Counted from the stretch's first letter, positions 39,716 to 49,851 are shown. The stretch is DNA of 64,000 nucleotides from Nitrosopumilus sp. (GCA_965205215.1 OZ242041.1:1728001-1792000), one strand, 5' to 3'. Notes: a model not told the origin generated them from the letters alone. Numbers and translations are program-made.

Positions 39716-40543
39716 ATGGCAGAGGCGGCAATAATAGACTCACTGAAAAAGGCAAGGATTGAGGAGCTCTTAGAGCAGGGCAAGCGGCTTGACGGCAGGG
39801 CCTTTGACGAGTTCAGGGAGATCTCAATTGAGACCGGCGCAATTCCAAAGGCCAACGGTTCCGCGCGGGTCAAGATAGGAGACACAGAGGTTGTCTGCGG
39901 CGTAAAGATACAGCCGGACAGGCCGTTTCCGGATTCCGGGGACAAGGGCGTGTTCATATGCACGGCCGAGATGCTCCCGCTGTCGCACCCCTCAGTGGAG
40001 ACCGGTCCGCCGGGGCCCCACGTGATAGAGCTTGCAAGGGTGGTCGACCGCGGCATACGCGAAAGCCACATGATAGACGTAAGCCAGCTTGTAATAAAGG
40101 AGAACAAGTCAGTCGTGGGAGTGTTCGCAGACAACGTGGTGGTCGACTACGACGGGAACCTCTTTGACGCATGCTCGTTTGCTGCCACTGCCGCGCTGCT
40201 GTCCACCAAGAGCCCAAAGTGGGAGTTCAAAGACGATGCGCCCGCGCTCGTGGAGGGCTCCGAGGCGGATCTTCCGGTCGGCACGATACCCGTATCCGTT
40301 ACGATGGTGAGGATAGGACAGCACATACTGGTGGATCCCAACGCCGACGAGTGGCAGTGCAAGGATGCTCGTGTTACAATAACCACGAACTCGGACGGCA
40401 ACATCTGCGCTCTGCAAAAGGGCGGCCATGACGGGTTCACCTTGGAGCAGATAAAGGAGTGCGGCAAGACCTCCGCAAGGATTGGCGCCGAGATTAGGAA
40501 AAAGTTTGACGGCATATCGGCCGGTTCAGACGCAGAACAATAG
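39716..40543 (+). CDS. rrp42: Exosome subunit Rrp42
   Basis: RLDGR, ANGSA, ELARVVDRGIRES, DGNLFD motifs. Confidence 0.96.
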   Translation: MAEAAIIDSLKKARIEELLEQGKRLDGRAFDEFREISIETGAIPKANGSARVKIGDTEVVCGVKIQPDRPFPDSGDKGVFICTAEMLPLSHPSVETGPPGPHVIELARVVDRGIRESHMIDVSQLVIKENKSVVGVFADNVVVDYDGNLFDACSFAATAALLSTKSPKWEFKDDAPALVEGSEADLPVGTIPVSVTMVRIGQHILVDPNADEWQCKDARVTITTNSDGNICALQKGGHDGFTLEQIKECGKTSARIGAEIRKKFDGISAGSDAEQ

Positions 40544-40555
40544 GTGGGCGATCAG

Positions 40556-40768
40556 ATGGCAAAGAAGAAAAAGTCCCTAAAGGGGCTTGGCGCAAGGTAC
40601 GGCATAAAGATCCGCAAGCAGTACACAAAGGTTCACTTTCAGCTAAAGCAGAAGAGATCGTGCCCGGAGTGCGGATCCGGGACGTTCGGCAGGGACGCAG
40701 TCGGCATATGGTCGTGCAAAAAATGCGGCTTTAAGATAGCTGGAACGGCGTACGATGTCAAGGTATAG
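40556..40768 (+). CDS. rpl37ae: 50S ribosomal protein eL43 (L37ae)
   Basis: GARYG, CPEC, GIWSCKKC. Confidence 0.95.
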   Translation: MAKKKKSLKGLGARYGIKIRKQYTKVHFQLKQKRSCPECGSGTFGRDAVGIWSCKKCGFKIAGTAYDVKV

Positions 40769-41123
40769 AGCCACCACGACTGTAGACGAGGGCTTGCACG
40801 CGACTGTGGCGGCACCCGCTGTGCATACGGAATCACTGAGGCGGCGCAAAAAGGCGGAACCGGCGCCTACGCCATCGGGGGCGCGGCGGGGGCGCGGCGG
40901 CTCCGGAATCATACCGGCCATATACGAGTCGATCAGCACTGACGAGTCGTTTTACCCCGAGAACCCCGTGAGCACGTCAATTACAATGGCCGAAGACGGC
41001 AGACTCGTGATAACATCAGAGGCAGACAACCTTGCCCACCTGCGCGCAAACCTGAACTCCACACTCAGGCTCATCCAGGCATGCCACGCGTCCATAACGG
41101 CCTCGTCGGGGCCGGCCAAGTAG
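40755..41123 (+). CDS. pcc1: KEOPS subunit Pcc1
   Basis: LRANLNSTLRLI motif; canonical position after L37ae. Confidence 0.8.
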   Translation: MSRYRATTTVDEGLHATVAAPAVHTESLRRRKKAEPAPTPSGARRGRGGSGIIPAIYESISTDESFYPENPVSTSITMAEDGRLVITSEADNLAHLRANLNSTLRLIQACHASITASSGPAK

Positions 41124-41308
41124 CCTCTTCCTCCTCCTCCCCTCTCCCCCCCCCCCCACTACCCGGATGAACCCGAAGCGGTTCTCCGTACTTGCATCAT
41201 GACGCCGGCTACGCGTACCGGCGCCGAGCAAGAAGCGCGGCGGAGGGATGTGGCGCAGGACGTCGGCCCAATCGGTAAAGATATAACGCAACGCGGGAGA
41301 GAAGTCCC

Positions 41309-41761
41309 ATGTCAGGCATGGGTGCGTCAGAGGGCGGAGCTCCGCCGCAGATACCCCCATGGCTGCAAGAGCAGGTGGCAAAGTTCCAAAAGACCCAGCA
41401 GGAGCTCCAAATGATATCCATGCAAAAGCAGCAGCTAGAGTCCGAAAAAGTCAACGTCTCGCGCACATTGGACGAGCTGAAAAAGGCAAGTGACGACGAG
41501 ACGGTGTACAAGTTTGCAGGAAGCGTGCTTATCAGGACCACGAGGGCCAACATGCTGTCCGAGCTAGAAGAGAGACAAGAACTTGCAAACACGCGCTCTG
41601 CAGTCACGGGCAAGCAAGAGTCAAGACTGTTAGAGTCGCTCAAGGAGCAAGAGGCCAAGATCACAGAGGCGATGAGGCGCGGCATGGCGCAGTCGCCGCC
41701 GCCGTCGCCGCCGCCGTCATCATCACCACCATCATCATCAACAACAACGCCACCGTCATAA
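41309..41761 (+). CDS. pfdB: Prefoldin beta subunit with a Pro/Ser/Thr tail
   Basis: VYKFAGSVLI hairpin between coiled coils. Confidence 0.93.
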   Translation: MSGMGASEGGAPPQIPPWLQEQVAKFQKTQQELQMISMQKQQLESEKVNVSRTLDELKKASDDETVYKFAGSVLIRTTRANMLSELEERQELANTRSAVTGKQESRLLESLKEQEAKITEAMRRGMAQSPPPSPPPSSSPPSSSTTTPPS

Positions 41762-41856
41762 CCCCCGCTTGGGGCAACCCCTAAACAGACAACACGACGT
41801 GCCCGCCTCCAAGCCTCAAAAGCATATAACAACGCCTCGCGCAGTGTCACATAGCT

Positions 41857-42564
41857 GTGGACTTTATACGAATTGTGGCAGACGACAGGGAGCGCAAGAG
41901 CGGAATACCGCAGCTTCTCAAGGAGATAGGAATCAACCTAGAGATAAAGACGCTTCCCGTTGGTGACTACATTGTTGCTCCCGAGACGGTCATAGAGAGG
42001 AAGTCGGTGCGCGATTTGGTCTCGTCCATATTTGACGGGAGGCTGTTTGAGCAGTGCTCCAAGCTCAGGGAGCATTTTGAGCGCCCCGCCATACTTGTCG
42101 AGGGGAACCTCGACGAGCTGGAGGAGATTACGGAAAACCCCATGATCTTTTACGGCGCGGTGTCCACCGCGGTGATGGAGTTTGGCATACCCGTCATGCC
42201 CACCCCAAGCGCGGTACACACCGCAAAGCTGCTGATCGCGATGGCGGCAAAAAAAAGGAACGGCGTGGGCGGGCCGTACATCAAAAAGATAAGAAAGTCC
42301 GAGGACGTGCAGCGGCAGCAGCTTTCCATACTGTGCAGCCTGCCGGGCGTGGGCGAGACGTTTGCCACCCGCATGCTTGAAAAGTTCGGCACCCCCATGG
42401 GAGCACTCTCCGCGACAAAGTCAGAACTGCTAAAGGTGGAGGGCATGGGAGAGTCAAGGGCCGAGCGCATCAGAAACGCGCTCAACGCCGACGCGGCGGG
42501 CAAAAAGGCCGGGCGGGCAGGCGGCGGCGGGCAGACCAAGCTGGAGGATCCCGGCCCGAAATGA
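41857..42564 (+). CDS. xpf: Short XPF/ERCC4 nuclease with HhH motifs
   Basis: DDRE, GDY, ERKS..D...S..DGRL..Q, LPGVG and VEGMG motifs. Confidence 0.93.
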   Translation: MDFIRIVADDRERKSGIPQLLKEIGINLEIKTLPVGDYIVAPETVIERKSVRDLVSSIFDGRLFEQCSKLREHFERPAILVEGNLDELEEITENPMIFYGAVSTAVMEFGIPVMPTPSAVHTAKLLIAMAAKKRNGVGGPYIKKIRKSEDVQRQQLSILCSLPGVGETFATRMLEKFGTPMGALSATKSELLKVEGMGESRAERIRNALNADAAGKKAGRAGGGGQTKLEDPGPK

Positions 42565-42615
42565 CCAAAAAAGGGCGCGCTTGCAGTGGCGCAACTCACG
42601 AGGCGGCGGCAGCCG

Positions 42616-43236
42616 TCACTTTGCCGCGCTCCTCTTGAGCGCCCGCCTCTTGAGCGCGGTTCCGCATGACGGGCATTCGATCCTCCCCCGCTTGGAGCCG
42701 TTGCCGCCAGAAGGGGCCGCGCCGCCGCCCTTGGCACGTCTGCCGCGGATGCCACCGCGGCCACCGGCGCCGCCGGCACGAACCTCGTCGCCCGTCACCC
42801 CGTACGAGCACCCGGGACAGTAGTACAGCCATCTCATCACGGCCGATATTCCCCGCGTCATAACGGGCGTAACACCGAGGTTTAGCGAGCGCATCACGTT
42901 TGACACGGCATAGTCGTCTGTCACGATCCCGAGGCCGGTCTGCATGCAAAGCGCTATGGCCGAGACGTCGGGACCCGACAGGTTCGGCATGTCACCGGTC
43001 GCCTCGGCGGCGCGGCGCGCCTCGTCCATGCTCGCAGGGGCAGGCTTTTCAAGCGACAGGCGGCCCGACGCAATCAGTACGTCCAGCGCGCCGTGGCCAC
43101 TCTTGATGTGGGACACCTCGTCGTATACGTCCGGCGTCGTCACGTACGACGCGCCGGGCGCGGAATCCCACCCCGCAAACGGCACGCCGGCATAAAACGC
43201 GCTTGCGTCAAGTACGACAGGCCGCCTAAAATCCAA
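42616..43236 (-). CDS. nob1: Nob1 endonuclease (PIN domain plus Zn ribbon)
   Basis: VLDASAF, LS.PD, TDDY, CPGC...CPSCG. Confidence 0.92.
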   Translation of the reverse strand: MDFRRPVVLDASAFYAGVPFAGWDSAPGASYVTTPDVYDEVSHIKSGHGALDVLIASGRLSLEKPAPASMDEARRAAEATGDMPNLSGPDVSAIALCMQTGLGIVTDDYAVSNVMRSLNLGVTPVMTRGISAVMRWLYYCPGCSYGVTGDEVRAGGAGGRGGIRGRRAKGGGAAPSGGNGSKRGRIECPSCGTALKRRALKRSAAK

Positions 43237-44059
43237 GCTTGCTCATCTGCCTCAGGCCGCGCTTCTTAAGCCGTATGAAGACGGCCGGTTTCTTGTGCCG
43301 GCGTATGGTGATGACCTCGCCGTATCCGACGTCCTGTATCACCTGGGCATCCACCACCACCTTGCAGTCGTGCGATGATATCACCGCCACCTTCTGGTCG
43401 GGCACCACAAGCGATGCGAGCCTGTACACCGGCGCCACGGGCGTCAGTATCAGTACGTCAAGGCTCTCGTGCAGTATGGGGCCGCCAAGGGAGAACGAGT
43501 GCCCCGTCGAGCCGCTCGGGGTGGCCACTATGAGCCCGTCCATCTTCTGCCGCACCGTGTCATTACGGAACTGGATCTCTATCTCCGAGGTTTTAGTCAT
43601 GTTGGATCGGCTGATGTACACCTCGTTGAGGGCGGGTGGAAGGTCGCGGCCGCCCACCGATGCGACGAGGCGGGTGCGCCTGTCAAGAAAGAACCTGCCC
43701 TTACGGATCTGGCCTATCGCGCCCTCAACGTCGTCCATGGTGATCTCGGCCAGTATGCCGCGGTTGCCGCCCACGTTTACCGTCAGTATGGGAGTATTGT
43801 TCTCAAGACTCCGGAACGCCCGCAGTGTGGTCCCGTCCCCGCCTAGCGTCACCACGAGGTCAAGGCGCACGCTCTGCAGGTCCTCCAGCGCCTCAACGCG
43901 CTGAGCCCCGTCCATGTCAACGGGCGATATGGTATACACCACGGAACCCCCGGCCAGGAACATTCGGGCCACTCTGACGGCAGCCTCCTCGGACTCCCTT
44001 GATCCCACCTTGCTTACAATCGCGACGCGCCTAAGATTCAACTGCATCTCATACGACAC
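43226..44059 (-). CDS. nadK: NAD(+) kinase
   Basis: GGDGT, ALNE and DG.IVATPSGSTG motifs. Confidence 0.94.
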   Translation of the reverse strand: MSYEMQLNLRRVAIVSKVGSRESEEAAVRVARMFLAGGSVVYTISPVDMDGAQRVEALEDLQSVRLDLVVTLGGDGTTLRAFRSLENNTPILTVNVGGNRGILAEITMDDVEGAIGQIRKGRFFLDRRTRLVASVGGRDLPPALNEVYISRSNMTKTSEIEIQFRNDTVRQKMDGLIVATPSGSTGHSFSLGGPILHESLDVLILTPVAPVYRLASLVVPDQKVAVISSHDCKVVVDAQVIQDVGYGEVITIRRHKKPAVFIRLKKRGLRQMSKLGF

Positions 44060-44404
44060 GATCGTCTTAAATCGTTTTTGCAGTGAGTCCCAAATGCAGA
44101 GTACAAAGGGCAGGTCACCGCAGAATCAGGCGTGCGGCGAGCCTCGTATCACAGGCGTGCGGCGAGCCGGGGCTGCGCTTTTCTGTGGGCGCCGACAATC
44201 GCGATACACCGTCGACTGTCCAGAGAAAGAGGACAGTCGGGGCGGTCAGGAGCAGCAACCCCAAACGAGTTGTAGTGGCAGGGCAGTGGTGGTGGTGGCG
44301 GAGGAGGAGGAGGATGAAGAGGGGAGAAGGGTGCGCACAAGGGCTCCAGAGAACCAAGATTGCGCATACAAACTACTAAATAACGACGGCATTGGAGGGG
44401 CGGC

Positions 44405-45256
44405 ATGGGAGGTTACGCACGCCCCGAGGTTCTGGTCGACACGCAGTGGGTGCAGGACAACCAGCCTGGCGATAATCGGAGGCTTGTGGAGGTCGACTAC
44501 GACCCGATCAACGCGTATGAAAAGGGGCACATAAGAGGTGCCACCCTGATATGGTGGAAGCGCGACATCAACGACCCCGTCACGCGCGACATCATAGGCA
44601 AAAAGGCGTTCGAGTCGCTAATGTCAAGAAACGGCATAACGGCGGATTCCGAGGTCATACTGTACGGGGACTTTAACAACTGGTTTGCGGCGTTCGTGTT
44701 TTGGATCTTCAAGTATTACGGACACGAAAACGTAAGGATCATGAACGGCGGTCGGAAAAAGTGGGAGCTCGAGGGCCGGGCGTACACCACCGACGCGGAG
44801 CCCGAGGTGCCGGCCGCAGCGTACACGGCGCAGCCGCCTGACGAGGGGCTCAGGGCCTACCTTGCCGACGCGCGCAGGGCCTTGGACAGGGACGATACGG
44901 TAATGGTCGACGTCAGATCCCCGGCGGAATTTTCAGGGCAGATCACCGCACCACCGGAATATCCGACAGAGAACGCGCAGCGCGGGGGGCACATACCCGG
45001 CGCAAACAGCATACCCTGGCTCACCGCCGTAAACGACGAGGACGGGACCTTCAAGAGCGCGGACGAGCTGAGGGCCAACTACGAGCCCAAGGGGGTGACT
45101 CCCGACAAGGACGTCATATGCTACTGCAGGATCGGCGAGAGGTCGTCGCACAGCTGGTTCGTCCTAAAGTACCTGCTAGGCTATCCGAGGGTGCGCAACT
45201 ACGACGGATCGTGGACCGAGTGGGGCAACATGATCGGAAACCCCGTCGAAAAGTAA
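44405..45256 (+). CDS. Thiosulfate sulfurtransferase (two-domain rhodanese)
   Basis: GHIPGA, active-site YCRIGERS, YDGSWTEW. Confidence 0.95.
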   Translation: MGGYARPEVLVDTQWVQDNQPGDNRRLVEVDYDPINAYEKGHIRGATLIWWKRDINDPVTRDIIGKKAFESLMSRNGITADSEVILYGDFNNWFAAFVFWIFKYYGHENVRIMNGGRKKWELEGRAYTTDAEPEVPAAAYTAQPPDEGLRAYLADARRALDRDDTVMVDVRSPAEFSGQITAPPEYPTENAQRGGHIPGANSIPWLTAVNDEDGTFKSADELRANYEPKGVTPDKDVICYCRIGERSSHSWFVLKYLLGYPRVRNYDGSWTEWGNMIGNPVEK

Positions 45257-45269
45257 CACGAGCGGCGCA

Positions 45270-45617
45270 ATGGCGATCGATGACGGCAGTGACAGTGGCA
45301 AGCAAGACCACCACAGCCACAACACACGTACACTCAGAACAGGATCGTTCTATACGATCACCGACGACGGCAGCGCATACGTGCTGCTTGACCGCACAAA
45401 GAGGGGCCTCGAACCCAAGGAGAGGTCAGTCGACGAGAAGACGGGCATAGAGGCAGACATGGGCGTCATATACGGCATGGACGGCATCGGGCACAAAGTG
45501 CCCATCAGGTGGTATTACGCCAAGGACGTGCACGACATCTCTGACGTGACCGGCCACGCCGACTCCATCGAGAAGCGGTATGCTGAGCTCAGGGAGCTCA
45601 CCTGCCCGGACGACTAG
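45270..45617 (+). CDS. Hypothetical protein
   Basis: Starts 13 nt after the rhodanese gene; typical codon usage. Confidence 0.75.
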   Translation: MAIDDGSDSGKQDHHSHNTRTLRTGSFYTITDDGSAYVLLDRTKRGLEPKERSVDEKTGIEADMGVIYGMDGIGHKVPIRWYYAKDVHDISDVTGHADSIEKRYAELRELTCPDD

Positions 45618-45765
45618 AACTCTCCCGATGAGATCTGCACGCCTGCCGAATTTCCGACAGCGGTACGACCGACACGCTGCCAGGTGTCTTGATCTGCTAT
45701 TCCGCGCGGGCGCTTCGGGCGCAATCAGGAAGACAGGTCACCATTGACAAGATTTTTAAAGAAAA

Positions 45766-46725
45766 ATGCCCAAGTCACATGTAGATCTAATGTCGCAACT
45801 TCTCAAGGACAGAGTATGGTCCATGGAGGCCCCCACTGCAAAGCGCGGCGTATACCCGCTGCACGGCTTCAAGCTCGGGCTCTACAGGATCCCAGTCAAG
45901 CTCGAGGAGCCCGGCGAGATATGGTCGGTGTACGAGGGGCTCAAAAAGGCCTTTGAGATGGACATGTACGCGGACAGGATATTTGCCACGTACCGCTGGA
46001 AGGAGAGCAGCCCGGACAACACGGAGGAGGCCGAGCTGTCCGTTACGGTGGAGATTGTAACGGGAGAGGTGGTGGACATCATATACCAGATATTTCCAAT
46101 CGAGAGGTACGGCGACCAGAACTGGGTGGCAGACTATAGGAAGAAGGCGGATCACTTTGCAAAGATGATAATAGACACGATACTGCGCAACACGATCCTG
46201 GCCGACAAGCTCGTGTCGCACTATGCAAAGGCCGAGAAGATATCAGAGGTCATGGCAATCCAAAAGCTCGAAGAGCTGACGCCCCTGGCCAAGATAGTCA
46301 TGGGCGCAAAGCCAAAGCCCGTCGAGGCCTCCGAGGACGCCGAGGAGGAGGACGGAGACGACGTGATGGAGGTTCCCGACGGGGCAAAGCCAGGGCCCAT
46401 AGACGTGGACTACAAGTCAAAGATGAAGCAGTCCTCGTCATACCAGGCGCCGGAGCACACCATAAAGACATGGGGGCGCAAGGGCGCCAGCAACGCCATA
46501 ATGGGTGTCTGGGGCGAGTTTGTGTCGGTAGACTATGACATCTGCGTCGCGGACGGCGGGTGCATAGAGGCCTGCCCCGTAAGCGTGTACGAGTGGTTCG
46601 ACACGCCGGGAAACCCCGCATCGGAGAAAAAGCCCCTGATGTCAAAGGAGCCGGACTGCATATTCTGCCTTGCATGCGAGGGCGTATGCCCGCCGCAGGC
46701 AATCAAGATATTTGAGCAAAAGTAG
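45766..46725 (+). CDS. Unknown N-terminal domain fused to a dicluster ferredoxin
   Basis: CVADGGCIEACP and CIFCLACEGVCP motifs after an acidic linker. Confidence 0.9.
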   Translation: MPKSHVDLMSQLLKDRVWSMEAPTAKRGVYPLHGFKLGLYRIPVKLEEPGEIWSVYEGLKKAFEMDMYADRIFATYRWKESSPDNTEEAELSVTVEIVTGEVVDIIYQIFPIERYGDQNWVADYRKKADHFAKMIIDTILRNTILADKLVSHYAKAEKISEVMAIQKLEELTPLAKIVMGAKPKPVEASEDAEEEDGDDVMEVPDGAKPGPIDVDYKSKMKQSSSYQAPEHTIKTWGRKGASNAIMGVWGEFVSVDYDICVADGGCIEACPVSVYEWFDTPGNPASEKKPLMSKEPDCIFCLACEGVCPPQAIKIFEQK

Positions 46726-46826
46726 GGGCTTCGGCTCAGAGGCCGGCGCGCTCTGGCGCATGCCGCTGCAACAAGACTGCAAAAAACGCTTGCAGACATA
46801 AATACCCAAGGACAGCCCCACACACC

Positions 46827-48917
46827 ATGGAACTTTCCATGGTTCCCCTTGCAAAAATAGTGTTTGACATATTCATCATAGCGTCCGTCCTGATAACCGC
46901 GTACACCTGCAACTTTTACTACCTTGCATACCTCTCAAGGAGGCGCAAGGACAGGCCTGCCACCGCACAGGACGCCGGCGAGCCGTCCATAACCATACAG
47001 CTTCCCATATACAACGAGAAGTACGTGGCAAGGCGCCTGGTCGACGCGGTGTGCGCGCTCGACTATCCGCGAAGCAAGATGCGCATAATGGTGCTTGACG
47101 ACTCGGATGACGACACGGTCGGCATAATGCGGGACGTCGTGTCCCACTACAGCAAGGAGGGGTTCAAGATAGAGCACATAAGGCGCGGCACGCGCGACGG
47201 ATACAAGGCCGGGGCCCTCAAGCACGCGATGAAGAGCACCGACACGGAGCTGGTGGCCATATTTGACGCGGACTTTATGCCGCCTGAGTGGTTCCTGAGG
47301 CGCGCCATACCGCACTTTGCAAAGTCCGACATAGGGCTGGTCCAGTGCAGGTGGGGCCACGTAAACGAGAACTATTCGGCCATAACAAGGGCGCAGGCAC
47401 TAAGCCTCGACTTTCACTTCCTGATAGAGCAAAAGGCAAAGAGCAACTCGAAGCTGTTCATGAACTTTAACGGCACGGCCGGGATCTGGAGGCGCGAGTG
47501 CATAGAGGACTCCGGGGGGTGGCACACGGCCACGCTGGTCGAGGACCTTGACCTGAGTTACAGGGCCCAGATGAAGAACTGGAGGTGCGTCTTCCTGCCC
47601 CACATAGTGGTGGACGCGGAGCTCCCCATGCAGATGAACGCCGCAAAGCGCCAGCAGTACCGGTGGGCAAAGGGCTCCATACAGTGCGCCGTAAAGCTCC
47701 TGTCGAATATAGTGGCAAGCAGGCTGGTGGCAGCCGAGACCAAGATACAGGCGTTCGTGCAGCTGACGCGCCACGTCGTATTCCCGCTCATGCTCGTACA
47801 GTTCCTGGCGCTGCCCATACTGCTGGCAAGCCACGTGGACGTCTACATCATGAGCCTGGTGCCGGCCCTCACGATCGCGCTGTACCTGGCCATGGGTCCC
47901 GGCGCATACCTCATGATAATACGCGGCATGTACGACGGGCCGTCGTGGCTCTCAAGGGCCGCCACCATGCCGTTCCTGCTGATATACACCGCGGGCATAT
48001 CGGTAAACAACACGGTGGCCGTGTTCGACGCCGTGCTGGGAAAGAAGAACGAGTTTCTGCGCACTCCCAAGTACGGCATGCTCAGGGACAAGGACGACTG
48101 GAAGGACAATGCGTACAACCTGCCGTTCTCACAGGTTACGCTGCTGGAGATATTCTTCGGGGTATACGGTACGGTGGGCGTGTTTGTGGCCATCACGTCG
48201 GGCAACGCCGTGTTTGCCCCGATCATAGGCCTGCAGACGATCGGATTCTTTTACATAGCGTACATGAGTATAGCTCACACCAGGTTTAAAAGAAATAAAT
48301 CAGCGGCGGCCCGCATACGCACGAGAAGGGAAAGGATGGCCGACAGGATATACAAGCTTGCAATAGGGGGCATAATCTCGATAATCGTCATAGGCGGCTT
48401 TATGGCATACCAGGGGTACAGCAACGACATCTATCCAATCGACCGCATGAGGGGAAACCTTGACGGGGCCATCGCGTCGTCGGACCCCGCCACCGTAAAG
48501 GCCCACCTGCAGGAGGCAAAGGCGGACATGCAGCTGGTCCTTGCAAACGGGCTCATCCCAGAAAAGAGGGACGCCAACGGCGTGCTGACGTCGAAGAATC
48601 CCGTGTGGCTGTTTGACATCGAGACCACCAACTTTGTGAGGATGGACGCCGACATCGGCGCCCTGATAGAGAGGGTGGACAAGGTAGCCACGTCGCCGAG
48701 GGACAGCGCCGCGTTCCACACCGGAATGCTCAACATAAACGAGTCAAGTCTGGCGCTGAAGGTGCACCTCACCGAGGCCACGCCGTTCATGTACATCAGC
48801 ATTGCAAACATCCTGCTCTCGGTGGTGTGGATCAGCGCGATAATCATAATATTTGTCGTGCTAAAGAAAAAGAGGGAGAGTCTCAAGGCCCAGGACGCGC
48901 GGGAAGGCGGAATCTAG
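46827..48917 (+). CDS. GT2 processive glycosyltransferase (cellulose-synthase-like) with an extra C-terminal domain
   Basis: DDS, KAG, FDADF, LVED and QQYRW motifs; multiple TMs. Confidence 0.92.
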   Translation: MELSMVPLAKIVFDIFIIASVLITAYTCNFYYLAYLSRRRKDRPATAQDAGEPSITIQLPIYNEKYVARRLVDAVCALDYPRSKMRIMVLDDSDDDTVGIMRDVVSHYSKEGFKIEHIRRGTRDGYKAGALKHAMKSTDTELVAIFDADFMPPEWFLRRAIPHFAKSDIGLVQCRWGHVNENYSAITRAQALSLDFHFLIEQKAKSNSKLFMNFNGTAGIWRRECIEDSGGWHTATLVEDLDLSYRAQMKNWRCVFLPHIVVDAELPMQMNAAKRQQYRWAKGSIQCAVKLLSNIVASRLVAAETKIQAFVQLTRHVVFPLMLVQFLALPILLASHVDVYIMSLVPALTIALYLAMGPGAYLMIIRGMYDGPSWLSRAATMPFLLIYTAGISVNNTVAVFDAVLGKKNEFLRTPKYGMLRDKDDWKDNAYNLPFSQVTLLEIFFGVYGTVGVFVAITSGNAVFAPIIGLQTIGFFYIAYMSIAHTRFKRNKSAAARIRTRRERMADRIYKLAIGGIISIIVIGGFMAYQGYSNDIYPIDRMRGNLDGAIASSDPATVKAHLQEAKADMQLVLANGLIPEKRDANGVLTSKNPVWLFDIETTNFVRMDADIGALIERVDKVATSPRDSAAFHTGMLNINESSLALKVHLTEATPFMYISIANILLSVVWISAIIIIFVVLKKKRESLKAQDAREGGI

Positions 48918-49029
48918 CGGCAGGGGGCCGGCGCGAGTTGCCAGCAGGGGGCCGCGCAGACGTGATGGTGCCAGTACAGACTACAGTTCGGCCCACGCGC
49001 ATTCTAGGCGCCGCAGAGACGGGCGGCAG

Positions 49030-49851
49030 TCATCGTATGCCGCGCCTTGCAAGATAGTCAGACACTATCTTCCTGGCGAGCTCGGCAGGCTCCATGTCGG
49101 CCTCCCGGGAGAGCCGCGCCAGTCCCTTTGCCTGCGACTGTGAGACGCGGACAGACAGGTTCCTCCTCGCGCGAAAAGAGTTTGCAAGTTTTGACACCTC
49201 CGAGGGGCCTGCGGAGCCTCCCAGTTTTTCAAGAGCCTCTATATACCGAGCCCGCCGGGCCGCGTCGTATTTGGAGACCTTTTTGACGACCTCCACGGCC
49301 CTTTCCTGATTCGGCACCGCCTTGCATATGCGGACGGCATCGCGCCGGGACACGTACGACGGGACCAGCTCCTTTACAGAGTCGGGCACCCCGTCGAACC
49401 CGAGGTGTCCGCGCAGCGTGTCGCGGGTTAGTCCAAGCGCCCTGGCCGCATTGGCCTTGCCCATGCTGTTTACCAGGAACCTGCAGGAGGCGGCCATGTC
49501 CTTTGCAGACATGTTTTTGCGGTGCAGGTTCTCTATCACAGAGACGGCCTTTGCGTCAGAGACGTCAGAGAACCGATCAGGATCAAGCAGCAGCACGGGC
49601 ACAGTATCATGCCCAAGCCGCCTGAGCGCCTCTAGTCGGCGCTGTCCGGCCAGCAGCTTGTACGTGCGGCCCTCGCGCGTGACCGTAAGCGGGTGCTGCA
49701 GTCCCTCCGACTTTATGGATTTGGCAAGCGAATCTATCTCGTCCGTATCAAGATCCCTGGCCTGGGCGTCGGACCATATCGCAATCGAGTCAATGGGGAC
49801 GGTTTTGAGCACATAGTTGGCCGCATTCGTGGACGTACCGGACCCCTTCAC
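49030..49851 (-). CDS. ParB/Srx-domain protein with HTH and C-terminal RHH-like region
   Basis: LAKSIKSEGLQHP, AGQRRLEA and ENLHR motifs; LSVRVS...ELARKIVSDYL tail. Confidence 0.87.
   Translation of the reverse strand: MKGSGTSTNAANYVLKTVPIDSIAIWSDAQARDLDTDEIDSLAKSIKSEGLQHPLTVTREGRTYKLLAGQRRLEALRRLGHDTVPVLLLDPDRFSDVSDAKAVSVIENLHRKNMSAKDMAASCRFLVNSMGKANAARALGLTRDTLRGHLGFDGVPDSVKELVPSYVSRRDAVRICKAVPNQERAVEVVKKVSKYDAARRARYIEALEKLGGSAGPSEVSKLANSFRARRNLSVRVSQSQAKGLARLSREADMEPAELARKIVSDYLARRGIR

Noticed and set aside
45620-45700. Second C/D-box RNA (CGATGA...CCGA), and similar at 41163-41228
   Set aside because: Boxes degenerate and spacing inconsistent.
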